The notes under the pieces: generated by a model
Seen by the model: only the letters and a program-made list of their open reading frames with translations
Told to the model about the DNA's origin: nothing
The model's database searches: none
Source of the DNA: Candidatus Marinacidobacterales bacterium
Lineage (GTDB): Bacteria > Acidobacteriota > Vicinamibacteria > Marinacidobacterales > SMYC01
Assembly: GCA_965237955.1 (NCBI GenBank)
Contig: OZ250169.1
Coordinates: 1,824,001-1,888,000 of the forward strand
Length of the DNA: 64,000 bases
Reading direction: 5' to 3'
Position numbers and translations under genes: made by a program
Part shown: piece by piece, positions 30,006-39,429 of the stretch
Numbering within the stretch: the stretch's first letter is position 1
Layout of the letters: every line of letters begins with the position of its first letter

Positions 30006-32113
30006 TGTCGATGCGACATAGCTGGCCGCGCGCTCGGCTGGGCGAAGGGCTGAAAGCGCTTGCGCGGAAGAGCGGGATGCCGGTTTCGAGACCAGACTCG
30101 AACGAAGACGCGCCCCCGCCTCCGGCGGAAGGAGAAAATCTAGGCGAGTGGATGGACGCCGGGGCGCGCTGGCTCGGCATCGAAGCTACGGCGTTGAGCT
30201 TGCCGCACCCCGAGCTCGCGAGTTTTCTCCGCGCTCCCGGGCCCGCCATCGTGCGGGTGGCGGACGATGAGTTCCTCCTGGTGATGTCGGCGACGCGGCG
30301 TGAGCTTCGAGTTCTCGGCGATGACGGCCAGCCGCATCGCGTGGCTCGAGACGCCGTCGCGCGCGCCCTCGAAGAGCGGATTGGTGGCGACGCGGAGGGC
30401 GAAGTCGAAGCGCTCCTCGAGAGCGTTTCCTTGTCGGCTCCCGACAAGGCACGTGCTTACATGATCGAAGAGCGTCTGAACGACGAGACCATCGACGATA
30501 TCTGGCTCGTGCGCTCGCCGCCCGGCGCGAGCGTCGCCGAAGATGTGCGGCAATCGCGCGTTTTGCGATTTTTGGCGGCGTTCGTGGGCACCTACTTCAT
30601 CGACTACAGCCTGTTCATCGCTTCGTGGTGGCTCATCGGCCGCGGTGCGCTGCGCGGACAGATCGATTGGGGCTGGCTCACAGCGTGGGCGCTCTTGTTC
30701 GCCACCATGGTGCCGTTCCGCATGATGTCGACGTGGTACCAGGGACGAACCGCGGTCGCGGCGGGTGGGCTCCTCAAGCAGAGGCTCTTGCTCGGCGCCA
30801 TGCGCCTCGATCCGGACGAGACCCGTCAGGATGGATTCGGCCGCCATCTCGCCCGCGTCCTCGAATCCGAGGCCGTCGAATCGTCGGCGATGAGCGGCGG
30901 TCTGCTCTCGGCAGCAGCCAGCATGGAGCTCGTCATCGCGGCGGTGATCCTGTCGTTCGGCTCCGGCGGTCTCCTCCACGTCTTCCTTCTCGTCCTCACC
31001 GTGTTCGCGTGCTTCCTGGTCGCGTGGCGGTATTTCGTATCGCGGCGCGCGTGGACAGGAGCGCGCTTTCGCATCAGCCACGATGTGCTCGAGCGCATGG
31101 TGGGTTATCGCACACGACTGGCGCAGTTGCGCCCCGACGCCCGGCACGAGCGCGAAGACGAAAGCCTGGCGACGTATCTGGAAGTCTCCCGCGACGCCGA
31201 CCGTCTGTACGGCTGGCTAGCGGTGTTCGACCGGCTGTGGTTGCCGATCGGTGTGTTGGGTCTCGCGCCGGGCTTCATTGTTGGTCAAGCGACGCTCGGA
31301 CGGTTGGCGGTCGCACTCGGCGGCACCGTCCTCGCTGCGCGCGGACTGCAAAAGCTCGCGGACGGGCTCGCGGATCTGCTCGATGCCTGGATCGCGTGGG
31401 AGCGCATCGCTCCGCTCTTTCATGCTGCAGGCAGACGACCAGCTCCCGGCGACCCGAACGTGTTGAGTCTAGCGCGCCGACAAGGGGCGACGTCGAACGG
31501 ACGGCCGCTCCTGGAAGTGAAAGAGCTCAGCTACCGCTACGCCAATCGAAGCGAGCTGGTGATTCGCGGCGCTAGCTTCGGCGTCAAGACGGGCGACTGC
31601 ATTCTGCTGACGTCGCGATCCGGTGGTGGAAAATCGACGTTGGTTTCGCTCGTCAACGGACTGCGGACTCCCGCCACCGGAACGTTGCTCCTCGATGGCG
31701 TCGATCGGTTGAGTCTTGGCGCCGAAGCGTGGACGCGCCGGATCGCGACCGCACCGCAGTTTCACGAGAACCACGTCTTCACCGAAGTGTTCGCGTTCAA
31801 TCTCCTCATGGGCCGTCGCTGGCCTCCGACCGCCGAAGATTGGCGTGAAGCCGAAGGCCTCTGCCGTGAGCTCGGGCTCGGCGAGCTCCTCGACAAGATG
31901 CCCGGCGGGATGAACCAAATCGTCGGCGACACCGGCTGGCGACTCTCGCACGGCGAGCGCAGCCGGCTTTACTTGGCGCGCGCGTTGTTACAAGGAGCCG
32001 AGCTCGTGCTTCTCGACGAGAGCTTCGCCGCCCTCGACCCCGATAACTTGAGACAGGCGCTCCTCTGTGCACGGGAGAAAGCCGACACCCTCGTGGTGAT
32101 CGCTCACCCCTAG
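30002..32113 (+). CDS. ABC exporter subunit 2 (degenerate C39-like N-terminus, degenerate ATPase motifs)
   Basis: Overlaps subunit 1. No DCG motif; TM domain; Walker A SRSGGGKS, signature LSHGE, LLDES; ends right at the H-loop (VIAHP*). Confidence 0.85.
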   Translation: MMSMRHSWPRARLGEGLKALARKSGMPVSRPDSNEDAPPPPAEGENLGEWMDAGARWLGIEATALSLPHPELASFLRAPGPAIVRVADDEFLLVMSATRRELRVLGDDGQPHRVARDAVARALEERIGGDAEGEVEALLESVSLSAPDKARAYMIEERLNDETIDDIWLVRSPPGASVAEDVRQSRVLRFLAAFVGTYFIDYSLFIASWWLIGRGALRGQIDWGWLTAWALLFATMVPFRMMSTWYQGRTAVAAGGLLKQRLLLGAMRLDPDETRQDGFGRHLARVLESEAVESSAMSGGLLSAAASMELVIAAVILSFGSGGLLHVFLLVLTVFACFLVAWRYFVSRRAWTGARFRISHDVLERMVGYRTRLAQLRPDARHEREDESLATYLEVSRDADRLYGWLAVFDRLWLPIGVLGLAPGFIVGQATLGRLAVALGGTVLAARGLQKLADGLADLLDAWIAWERIAPLFHAAGRRPAPGDPNVLSLARRQGATSNGRPLLEVKELSYRYANRSELVIRGASFGVKTGDCILLTSRSGGGKSTLVSLVNGLRTPATGTLLLDGVDRLSLGAEAWTRRIATAPQFHENHVFTEVFAFNLLMGRRWPPTAEDWREAEGLCRELGLGELLDKMPGGMNQIVGDTGWRLSHGERSRLYLARALLQGAELVLLDESFAALDPDNLRQALLCAREKADTLVVIAHP

Positions 32114-32242
32114 TCCCCTGGATCTTTGATTACTATACAAAGTTAGGCTTTTCGCCAGCCCATAAGATTCATAAGATTCATGCACTTAGAATGGTTTCGG
32201 CAAGCTCTGCTTTATCTAGTTTGTTCTGATACAGGGGACTAG
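32110..32242 (-). mobile_element. IS630-type MITE (133 bp including both CTAG)
   Basis: Ends CTAGTCCCCTGGATCTTTGATTAC and (revcomp) CTAGTCCCCTGTATCAGAACAAACTAGA match the right and left ends of the IS630 at 34501-35689; no ORF. Confidence 0.88.
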
Positions 32243-32349
32243 TCGGCGTGGTCGTCCACCTTCGCTTTGGTGATCAGCGCGACTTCGGTGGCGCCCGCGG
32301 TGCGGCAGCGGTCCATCATCTCGAGCACATAACCGTACTGGAGGCGTTT
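32239..32349 (-). pseudogene. 3' remnant of an exbD/tolR gene
   Basis: Manual translation KRLQYGYVLEMMDRCRTAGATEVALITKAKVDDHAD* aligns with the ExbD C-terminus at 3465-3570 (GLEYRDVMRVMELCRDGGADEIGLITEK); 5' part absent. Confidence 0.75.
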
Positions 32350-32498
32350 TCGACGCGTTCTGAGGGGTTGGACACCGTCCCGGGGAAGAGGTTCCGTGCT
32401 GGGAAGTCCGTGGTACGGACCTCTCGAAGCGTTACTTTTTTACACAGCATTGTGGGCTTGACACCACGAAAAAGCGTCTCGATATATGACCATTTCGA

Positions 32499-33943
32499 GG
32501 AGATGCCCCTGAGATAGTTGAAGGTTAGGAGTGGCGGCTCCTAAGGCCGGGTTCGATAGAATCCGGCTGTGAAGGAAAAAGAAAGGAGCCACCACGATGT
32601 CAAATTACCAAATCATCGATGCGAAGAACAGGAAGAAGCTTCGAGAGATACTGAGCTCGAAGGGGCAAGCTCTGTTGCCGTTCTTGGATGCGATTGAGCG
32701 AACCGAGATAGCGATCGACGAAGTGATCGACGTTGCTGGCCGAGCGACGATCGAAGCGGTCTTGGATCTGTCAGCCCAAAGTGTGGCTGGGGAGAAACAC
32801 CTGGGGAAGAAGGGTAGCGATGTTCGCTGGCACGGCCGGCAGGGTGGCGTAGTAAGCCTTGCGGAGCGGAAGTTGAGAGTGAGCCGGCCACGTCTGCGGC
32901 GTAAGGGAAAGGCAGAGGGAGGGGAGGTTGCGATTCCTGCCTACGAAGCGGTGAACAACTCGTCTCGGCTGAGCCAACGCATCTGGGAAATCCTGATGCT
33001 GGGTGTGTCGACGCGCAAGTACGCGTCGGTTCTTCCCGAGATGGCGGAGACGGTAGGGGTTAGCAAGAGCGAGGTGAGCCGTGAGTTCGTGGAAGCAAGC
33101 GCGGAGCAGTTGCAGGGGCTGATGGAGCATCCGCTGGACGAGCTGGAGATCGCGGTCGTGTACCTGGACGGGATTCGCTTCGGCGAGCACCACGCGCTGG
33201 CGGCAATCGGCGTAGATACAGAGGGATACAAGCATGTTCTGGGGCTTCGGGATGGAGCATCGGAGAACCAGATAGTGTGCAAGGCGCTGCTGGAGGACCT
33301 GGTCGAACGAGGCCTGAGCCCAGAGCGGTGTCGGCTGTTCGTGATCGATGGCTCCAAGGCGCTACGGGTCGCCGTCGACGCTGTGTTCGGTACCCACAAC
33401 AAGGTCCAGCGTTGCAGGAAGCACAAGGAGCGCAATGTGCTCGGTTATCTGCCGCAGGAGCTGAAGCCGCAAGTGCAAGCGAGCCTGCGTTCGGCCTGGC
33501 AGCTCCCAGCAAAGAAGGGCAAAGCGCGGTTGGAGCAACAGGCGAAGTGGCTCGAGGACGACTACCCCTCGGCGGCGGAGAGCATCCGGGAGGGGCTCGA
33601 CGAGATGTTCACCATCAACGAGCTCGACCTCCCCGCATCTCTGAAACGCTGCCTTGGATCGACGAACATCATCGAGTCGTGCTTCAGCGGTGCGCGAGGT
33701 CGTACCCGTCGCGTCACCCGCTGGCGCAATGGCAAGATGGTTCTGAGATGGGCCGCTTCGGCTCTGCTCGCCACGGAGAAAAATTTCCGTCGTATCATTG
33801 GATACCAATCGCTACCGATCCTCGAAGCGAAGTTAGCGGAGGTCACTGAGAATCAAGCGCTCGACAAGCACGCCAAAGTCGGGTAAACCATGTGTCAGGA
33901 GCCGCCACCACCTCGAACCTTCAACTATGGTGGGGGCACCTCC
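32499..33943 (+). mobile_element. IS256-family insertion sequence (1445 bp)
   Basis: TIRs GGAGATGCCCCTGAGATAGTTGAAGGTT and (revcomp) GGAGGTGCCCCCACCATAGTTGAAGGTT; 8-bp DR CATTTCGA (32491-32498, 33944-33951). Confidence 0.93.
32597..33886 (+). CDS. IS256-family transposase
   Basis: GVSTRKY, YLDGI, FVIDGSKAL, QRCRKHKERN, STNIIES. Confidence 0.95.
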   Translation: MSNYQIIDAKNRKKLREILSSKGQALLPFLDAIERTEIAIDEVIDVAGRATIEAVLDLSAQSVAGEKHLGKKGSDVRWHGRQGGVVSLAERKLRVSRPRLRRKGKAEGGEVAIPAYEAVNNSSRLSQRIWEILMLGVSTRKYASVLPEMAETVGVSKSEVSREFVEASAEQLQGLMEHPLDELEIAVVYLDGIRFGEHHALAAIGVDTEGYKHVLGLRDGASENQIVCKALLEDLVERGLSPERCRLFVIDGSKALRVAVDAVFGTHNKVQRCRKHKERNVLGYLPQELKPQVQASLRSAWQLPAKKGKARLEQQAKWLEDDYPSAAESIREGLDEMFTINELDLPASLKRCLGSTNIIESCFSGARGRTRRVTRWRNGKMVLRWAASALLATEKNFRRIIGYQSLPILEAKLAEVTENQALDKHAKVG

Positions 33944-34033
33944 CATTTCGATGCTGGCAACGACTGTAGTCATGAACGTTGCAACATGTCTCTTAAGCGG
34001 GTAAAGAGGCAAATCTAATAAAGGAGTACTTCG

Positions 34034-34096
34034 ATGAAAGTCAAAACCCGAATCCAATCTGGTAGTGGTGGAAACCAGTTCAATCACTATCCCTGA
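34034..34096 (+). CDS. 20-aa putative exported peptide precursor MKVKTRIQSGSGGNQFNHYP
   Basis: AAGGAG at 34021-34026, 7 nt before ATG; SG/GG cleavage-type motif; terminator directly after; downstream of a C39 exporter. Not in the ORF track. Confidence 0.72.
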   Translation: MKVKTRIQSGSGGNQFNHYP

Positions 34097-34109
34097 GCGT
34101 AATTAGTAC

Positions 34110-34138
34110 AGGGCAGCCTTGTAGCTGCCCTTTTTTTT
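34110..34138 (+). terminator. Intrinsic terminator of the peptide gene
   Basis: AGGGCAGC-CTTGTA-GCTGCCCT hairpin plus T8. Confidence 0.85.
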
Positions 34139-34500
34139 GGGACTTATACCTATGGCTTGACACGCGCCCGCCGCTTCCGGTGGGCGGCGAGGCTGGATTT
34201 GGCATGGCGCTTGCGCTTGCGCTTCCGCTCGTCGTCACCGTCCTGCGGCTTAGGTTTGATTTTTTTGGTGCGTGGTAGCGGGCGTTTTCTAAGCAAGTCG
34301 TTTATTTACAACTGCTTAGGTACGAGGTGTGGATCGTAATAAGTCATCGTGTCTCCCGTTGGGAGACAGCCGGACGAGCCCGGCCTCGGTGAGTTCGGGC
34401 GCTGTGGGCTGCGCCAGCAGCCCAGCCATGTAGCGGCGGCGGATTTCCCTGTTTCCTAGCGGCTTCCGTGTTCCACTATCGCCCTTATGGGGTTGTCAAG

Positions 34501-35689
34501 CTAGTCCCATGGAACAGAAAAAGCTAGACAACACTGGCACTTCTGTGATCTGCTAAATGCATGAAACACAAGGGCCGGCGAAAAGCCGAATTGAAGCTGT
34601 CGTCTCAAGAAAGCGAAGCGCTGACGCGACTGGCGCGACGCAGCCGTAGTTCGCCGCACCAAGCCTTCCGAGCGAAGATCGTGCTGGATTGCGCGGCGGG
34701 TCTGACGAATATGGAAGTTGCTAGGAAGATGCACACCATGAGGAGCACGGTGGGCAAGTGGCGAAGACGCTTTGTAGAACAACGAATGGAAGGGTTGTAC
34801 GACGAACCTCGGCCGGGAGCGGCTCGCAAAATCGGCGATGACCAGATCGAGGAAGTCGTGACCAAGACGCTGGCGACGACTCCAAAGGGGAGAACCCATT
34901 GGAGTACGCGCTCGATGGCCAAGCATCTTGGGCTGAGTCATTCGACGATTGGACGTATTTGGCGAACGTTCGGGCTTCAACCGCACCGCTCGGAATCGTT
35001 TCGTCTCTCGCAAGACCCACAACTGGTCGAAAAAGTACGCGACGTTGTTGGCCTGTATATGAACCCACCGGATAACGCGGTCGTCCTGTGCGTCGACGAG
35101 AAATCGCAGATTCAAGCGCTCGAGCGTGCTCAACCTGTCCTGCCCATGAGCTTGGGCCAGCCCGAGCGACAAACCCACGACTACATTCGGCATGGAACGA
35201 CTGACCTGTTTGCCGCACTCGACGCCGCAACAGGTGAAGTCTTCGGAAAGTGCTACGCGCGACATCGAGCGCTAGAGTTCAAGAAGTTCCTCGCTGAGAT
35301 CGAAGCAGCCGTTCCCAGCGAGTTGGACATCCACGTCGTGCTCGACAATCTCGCCACGCACAAGACACCGGCGATCAAACGCTGGCTTTCCAAGCGACCT
35401 CGCTTCCACTTTCACTTCACACCGACACACGCCTCTTGGCTCAACTTCGCTGAGCGCTTCTTTGGCTTGCTCACCGAACACGCCTTGCGACGAGGCTCGC
35501 ACACGAGCGTGCCTCAGCTCCGCGTTGCGATACAAGACTATCTCGATGCTCACAACGAGAACCCAAAGCCGTTCAAGTGGACGAAATCCGCCGACCAAAT
35601 CCTCGAAACCATCGCTCGGTTCGCCCAGCGAACGCTCGATACACATGGCAAATCGAATTTGGACAGTAATTAAAGATCCAGGGGACTAG
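34501..35689 (+). mobile_element. IS630-family insertion sequence
   Basis: CTAG at both ends; CTAGTCCCATGG... / ...CCAGGGGACTAG. Confidence 0.92.
34561..35673 (+). CDS. IS630-family transposase
   Basis: [52 protein letters not shown]. Confidence 0.95.
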   Translation: MKHKGRRKAELKLSSQESEALTRLARRSRSSPHQAFRAKIVLDCAAGLTNMEVARKMHTMRSTVGKWRRRFVEQRMEGLYDEPRPGAARKIGDDQIEEVVTKTLATTPKGRTHWSTRSMAKHLGLSHSTIGRIWRTFGLQPHRSESFRLSQDPQLVEKVRDVVGLYMNPPDNAVVLCVDEKSQIQALERAQPVLPMSLGQPERQTHDYIRHGTTDLFAALDAATGEVFGKCYARHRALEFKKFLAEIEAAVPSELDIHVVLDNLATHKTPAIKRWLSKRPRFHFHFTPTHASWLNFAERFFGLLTEHALRRGSHTSVPQLRVAIQDYLDAHNENPKPFKWTKSADQILETIARFAQRTLDTHGKSNLDSN

Positions 35690-35795
35690 CGGTATAAGTC
35701 CCTTTTTTTTTGCGTGGACCCTCCTTTGGCTTGGTTCACGGCGGCTGAGCGTCGTTTTCACGAACCGCACGACAGGTTCGGCAGACCTGGTGGGA

Positions 35796-38700
35796 TCACC
35801 GGACGTTCAAGGTCGCGGGTTCGTCCATCTTGCGCCGTAAGTCTTCCGCACGCTCGACGATGCGAACCCCGTCGAACTCGGTGGCGATCGTTATCGATTG
35901 CTCGATCTCCACAAGCGCGCGTTCGGGCTCGCCGAGAGCGATGTAGAGCTCGGCGCGGCTGGCGCGCGCGATGGCTTGGAGCGGGCGGAGACGGCGTCCT
36001 TCGATGGTGCCGATCACCTGGGAAAGAAGCTCGGAAGCCATGCGCACGTCGTTGGCGTCTAGGCGTGCACGTGCGAGCTCTAGAGTCGCCTCGAGCTCAA
36101 GCTCGAGATACCCGCTCTTTTGCGAAAGCTCCCGCGACGCGACCAGCGTGCTCGACGCTGATTTTGCTTCCCCTTTTGTCCGAAGCAGAATCCCTCGTAC
36201 GAGTTGTAGCAAGGGTTCTAGACCCTCGGTGTCGACTTCACTAAGCGCTTTGTCCGCACTAGCCAATGCGTGCTCCGCCTCGGCGATGCGATTCTGAACG
36301 AGGTGCAGCCGCGCTTCCTGTATCTTCGATTGAGCGATACGCGCCGGGATGTGCTGCGCGTCGCTTACCGTTAGGCTTTCGACGACCGACTGCATCGCCT
36401 CTTCGTAGCGCCCCTGGTCGGCGTAGATTCTGGATAGCTCTTCATGAGCAGCCGCAGCGTCCGCTAAGTTACCTGTTTCTTGGAGCAGCGGAATCGAGCC
36501 CAAGAAAGCCTCGATGGCTTCTTTGTAATCGCCCTTGACCCGGTAGATTTGACCGTGATTGAAGAGATTGTAGGCGCGTCCCTTGGGATCGTTGGAAGCG
36601 GCGATGTGGACTTTGGCCTGCTCCAAGTAAACCATCGCGTCGGCGTATCTGCCTAGGAGAGAGTAGACGTGCCCAATCATGTTGAGACGATCGGTAAGCT
36701 CCGAATGCTGTTTGCGCTCCCACTCGATCTCGAGCGAGTCACTATAGTTGGTGAGAGCTTTCTGCAAGAAGCCTGAGCTTTCATTGACGGAGCCGAGGTT
36801 GATGAGCGCGAAGGACTCCATCGTGGAGTTACCAGTGTCACGAGCGATTGATAGTGCTTCGTCGAGAAGCGTGCGCGCCTGCTCTAGCTGGCCCATGTGC
36901 TGGTGTACCGTCGCTAAGTTCGTAAGCGTGGCGCTCACGCCGCGGCTGTTCTCCGCGGTTCGGCGGTAGTCTAGTGACTTCTGAAGCTCTTTGGTCGCAA
37001 CGTCGAATTCATTCAAGTCTCGATGGAGCGACGCCCAGGATCGAGTGGATCATCCCGAGCGCCTCGAAATCGCCCTTGAATGCGCCCGCATCCACGGCTT
37101 GCTCGAGAATCGGGATCGCCTCGCGGGTCCGCTTGTTCGTCACGAGCATGCGCCCCAGTCCCAAGAGCGCCCCCCCGTATTGGGGGTCGCGCTCGAGCAC
37201 ATCACGATATTTGCGGATCGCTTCGTCGACTTGTCCCATTGTCTCGAGCGAGCTCGCGAGGCTGTACAGAACGCCGGGATCGTTGGGATAAAGCTTCTGG
37301 AGCTCGCGATAGCTCTCGACGGCCGTCTCCGGGTCGTCGTGGATCCGGGCGGCAATCGCGTGTACCTCGTACCTCTCGCCTCGCGGTAGCTGGACGATTT
37401 GCGCGAGACGCTCGGCTTCGGCGATGGCCTCGCGAGCGCCTGACTCGTTTCCGAGGTGGAAGAACGCTTCGGCGAGGCGCGCGTGCGCCATGGCGAAACC
37501 TGAATCCTCCGCGATCGCCTCTTGGAAAAGAGGCACCGCGGCTTGGTTCGCACCGTCATGAAGCGCATCGAGACCCTGGTGGTACGCTCGAAAGGCCCCC
37601 AACGATGCCGTGGAAACTTCGTGGATCGGTCGGTCGACCCCCGCTTCGAGGTCCAGTTCCTTCGCAACCTCCACGGTGATGGCGTCCACGAGGCCGAAAA
37701 CCTCGGTAGCTGGGCCGTTGATCTGAATCGGTGTGCTGACCCCGGTTCGGCTGTCGCGCAGAACTAGATCCATCCGCAGCTGCTCTTGTGCTTCCACGAA
37801 GCGTCCGTGCAGGGAGACTTGCGCGTCCGCCATTTCCGAGACAACACCAAGCGTTTGCTCGTCGAACCGGCTCTGGCCCTCCTTGCCGAGATCCTTCAGG
37901 ATTTGATTCATGTGCGCTGGCGTCACCGGTCTCAACGTGGGTGACTGCGAGATATCGGTAATCAACATCTCGGGGATACCGATCTCCATCCACGCCAAAT
38001 CTTGGGCGCCGGTCACGTTGTGGAACGGGAGCACCGCGAGCGTGGTGGTTGGAACATCGGCGGCCACACGCGGAGGTGGCTGGGTCAGGTTGTACCAAAC
38101 GCCGACACCGAGCGCGCCTGCGAGACACGCTGCAGCGACCCAGCCTGGCCTACGGCTCACGGCCTTCTTCGTGCGGAGCCACAACGAGGAGTCGACTTGC
38201 TCGCGCGTCAGGTCTTCGAGCACTTCTTCCGCGCTGTGGTAGCGAAGGTCCGGATCCGCTTCGAGGCATTTGAGAATGATGCGCTCGAGGTAGCCAGGGA
38301 TATCGGGATTCGACTCGCGTGGAGAGGGAGCCTTCGTCTGAATTCGCGCGACGATCTTCGAGATCGCCGTGTCGCCTTTGAACGGCGTTTCGCCGGTGAG
38401 AAGCTCGTAGAGAATCACGCCGAACGAGTAGAGGTCCGACTGGGCGTCCGCGGTCTCACCTTTGACCTGCTCGGGGGAGATGTAATCGGGGGTTCCCATC
38501 ATCTCGCCCGTGCCCGTCATCGTCGCCGAGTCGGCGGTGCGAGCGATGCCGAAGTCCATGATCCGGACGACCCCGCGGCCGTCGACCATGATGTTCTGCG
38601 GCTTGAGGTCCCGGTGCACCACGCCTTGGCTGTGGGCTTCGGCGAGCCCGCTCAGCATCTGCTTCATGAACGACAGCGTCTCGGCGACGGGGACTTTTTC

Positions 38701-39267
38701 TTTCTCGTCCAACACCTCGCGCAAGTTCGCCCCTTCGATGAGCTCCATGGTGAAGAACTTCATCCCCTCGAACTCGCCGAGGTCGTAGATGCGGATGACG
38801 TTCTTGTGGGTGACTTTGCGCGCGAGGATCAGCTCTTGCTTGAAGCGCTCGAGAATTTCGCGGCTCGTGCTCTTCTCGGCGCGGATCGTCTTGAGCGCCA
38901 CCGCCCGGTCGAGCTCGAGATCGAGCGCTTTGTAGACGCGGCCCATGCCGCCTTCGCCGAGTTTCTGGAGGATTTGATAGCGATTGCCGAATCGGAACAG
39001 TCGAGGTAGCTCGCCGGTGTACTGGGATGGGGTCGAGAACCGCCAAAGCGACTCACGCGGACCGACCTCGTCGTCCTCGGACATCTCGCGAGCGGCGCGC
39101 AGGAGCTCGTCGGTCTCGGCCGAGGTGGTGCGTGAGCCGCCGATCATCTCGATCGGATCGGTCTTCGAGTCATCCTCTGGCTCGAACGCATTTACCAGGA
39201 GCGCGTTGCAGAGCGCGCACTCCATGCGGTCCGCGGCATTGTCGCGGCCGCAAGCTGGGCAATCCAC
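35796..39267 (-). CDS. Membrane Ser/Thr protein kinase with N-terminal Zn ribbon and extracytoplasmic TolB-N-like + TPR domain (+1 frameshift near 37025)
   Basis: CPAC...CALC; LGEGGMGRVYKA, VALK, HRDLKPQN, MDFGIA, YISPEQ; TM; 'LAVLPFHN'; many TPRs. Deleting one G at 37025/6 gives ...ILGVAHRDLNEFDVA..., fusing ORFs 37009-39300 and 35796-37016. Confidence 0.85.
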
Positions 39268-39429
39268 GGTGGAGCGACCCCCCCCAAGAAAGCTTTTCAA
39301 ATGGACTGTATTGGTGCTGTACTTAATATTGTGCGGGGCTTCCCGGCTAAGATCAACCCTTCAATTCGCTCGGCGTTGCGGCGTAATGCCAATTGAGTTA
39401 ATGTGTTACGTCCTTTTGGGAGGTTTGAG

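Larger units (their letters stand above)
34139..35702. mobile_element. Non-autonomous element (about 380 bp net) with IS630 nested in its right TIR
   Basis: Left GGGACTTATACCTATGGCTTGACA; right end after removing IS630 reads (revcomp) GGGACTTATACCGCTAGCTTGACA; flanked by T8/T9 runs (putative 8-bp DR). Confidence 0.75.

Noticed and set aside
32458-32490. Firm promoter call for the peptide gene
   Set aside because: Perfect TTGACA, but the -10 region (GATATATG) fits poorly at 17 bp; mentioned only as a possibility.
32248-32517. 89-aa + strand ORF downstream of the ABC pair as precursor peptide
   Set aside because: No SD or leader; it is the antisense of the exbD remnant and runs into the IS256 end.
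35796-37016. Separate 406-aa TPR gene (RRNPP-like cytoplasmic receptor)
   Set aside because: No SD, and a single-base correction fuses it seamlessly to the kinase, so it is treated as the kinase C-terminus.
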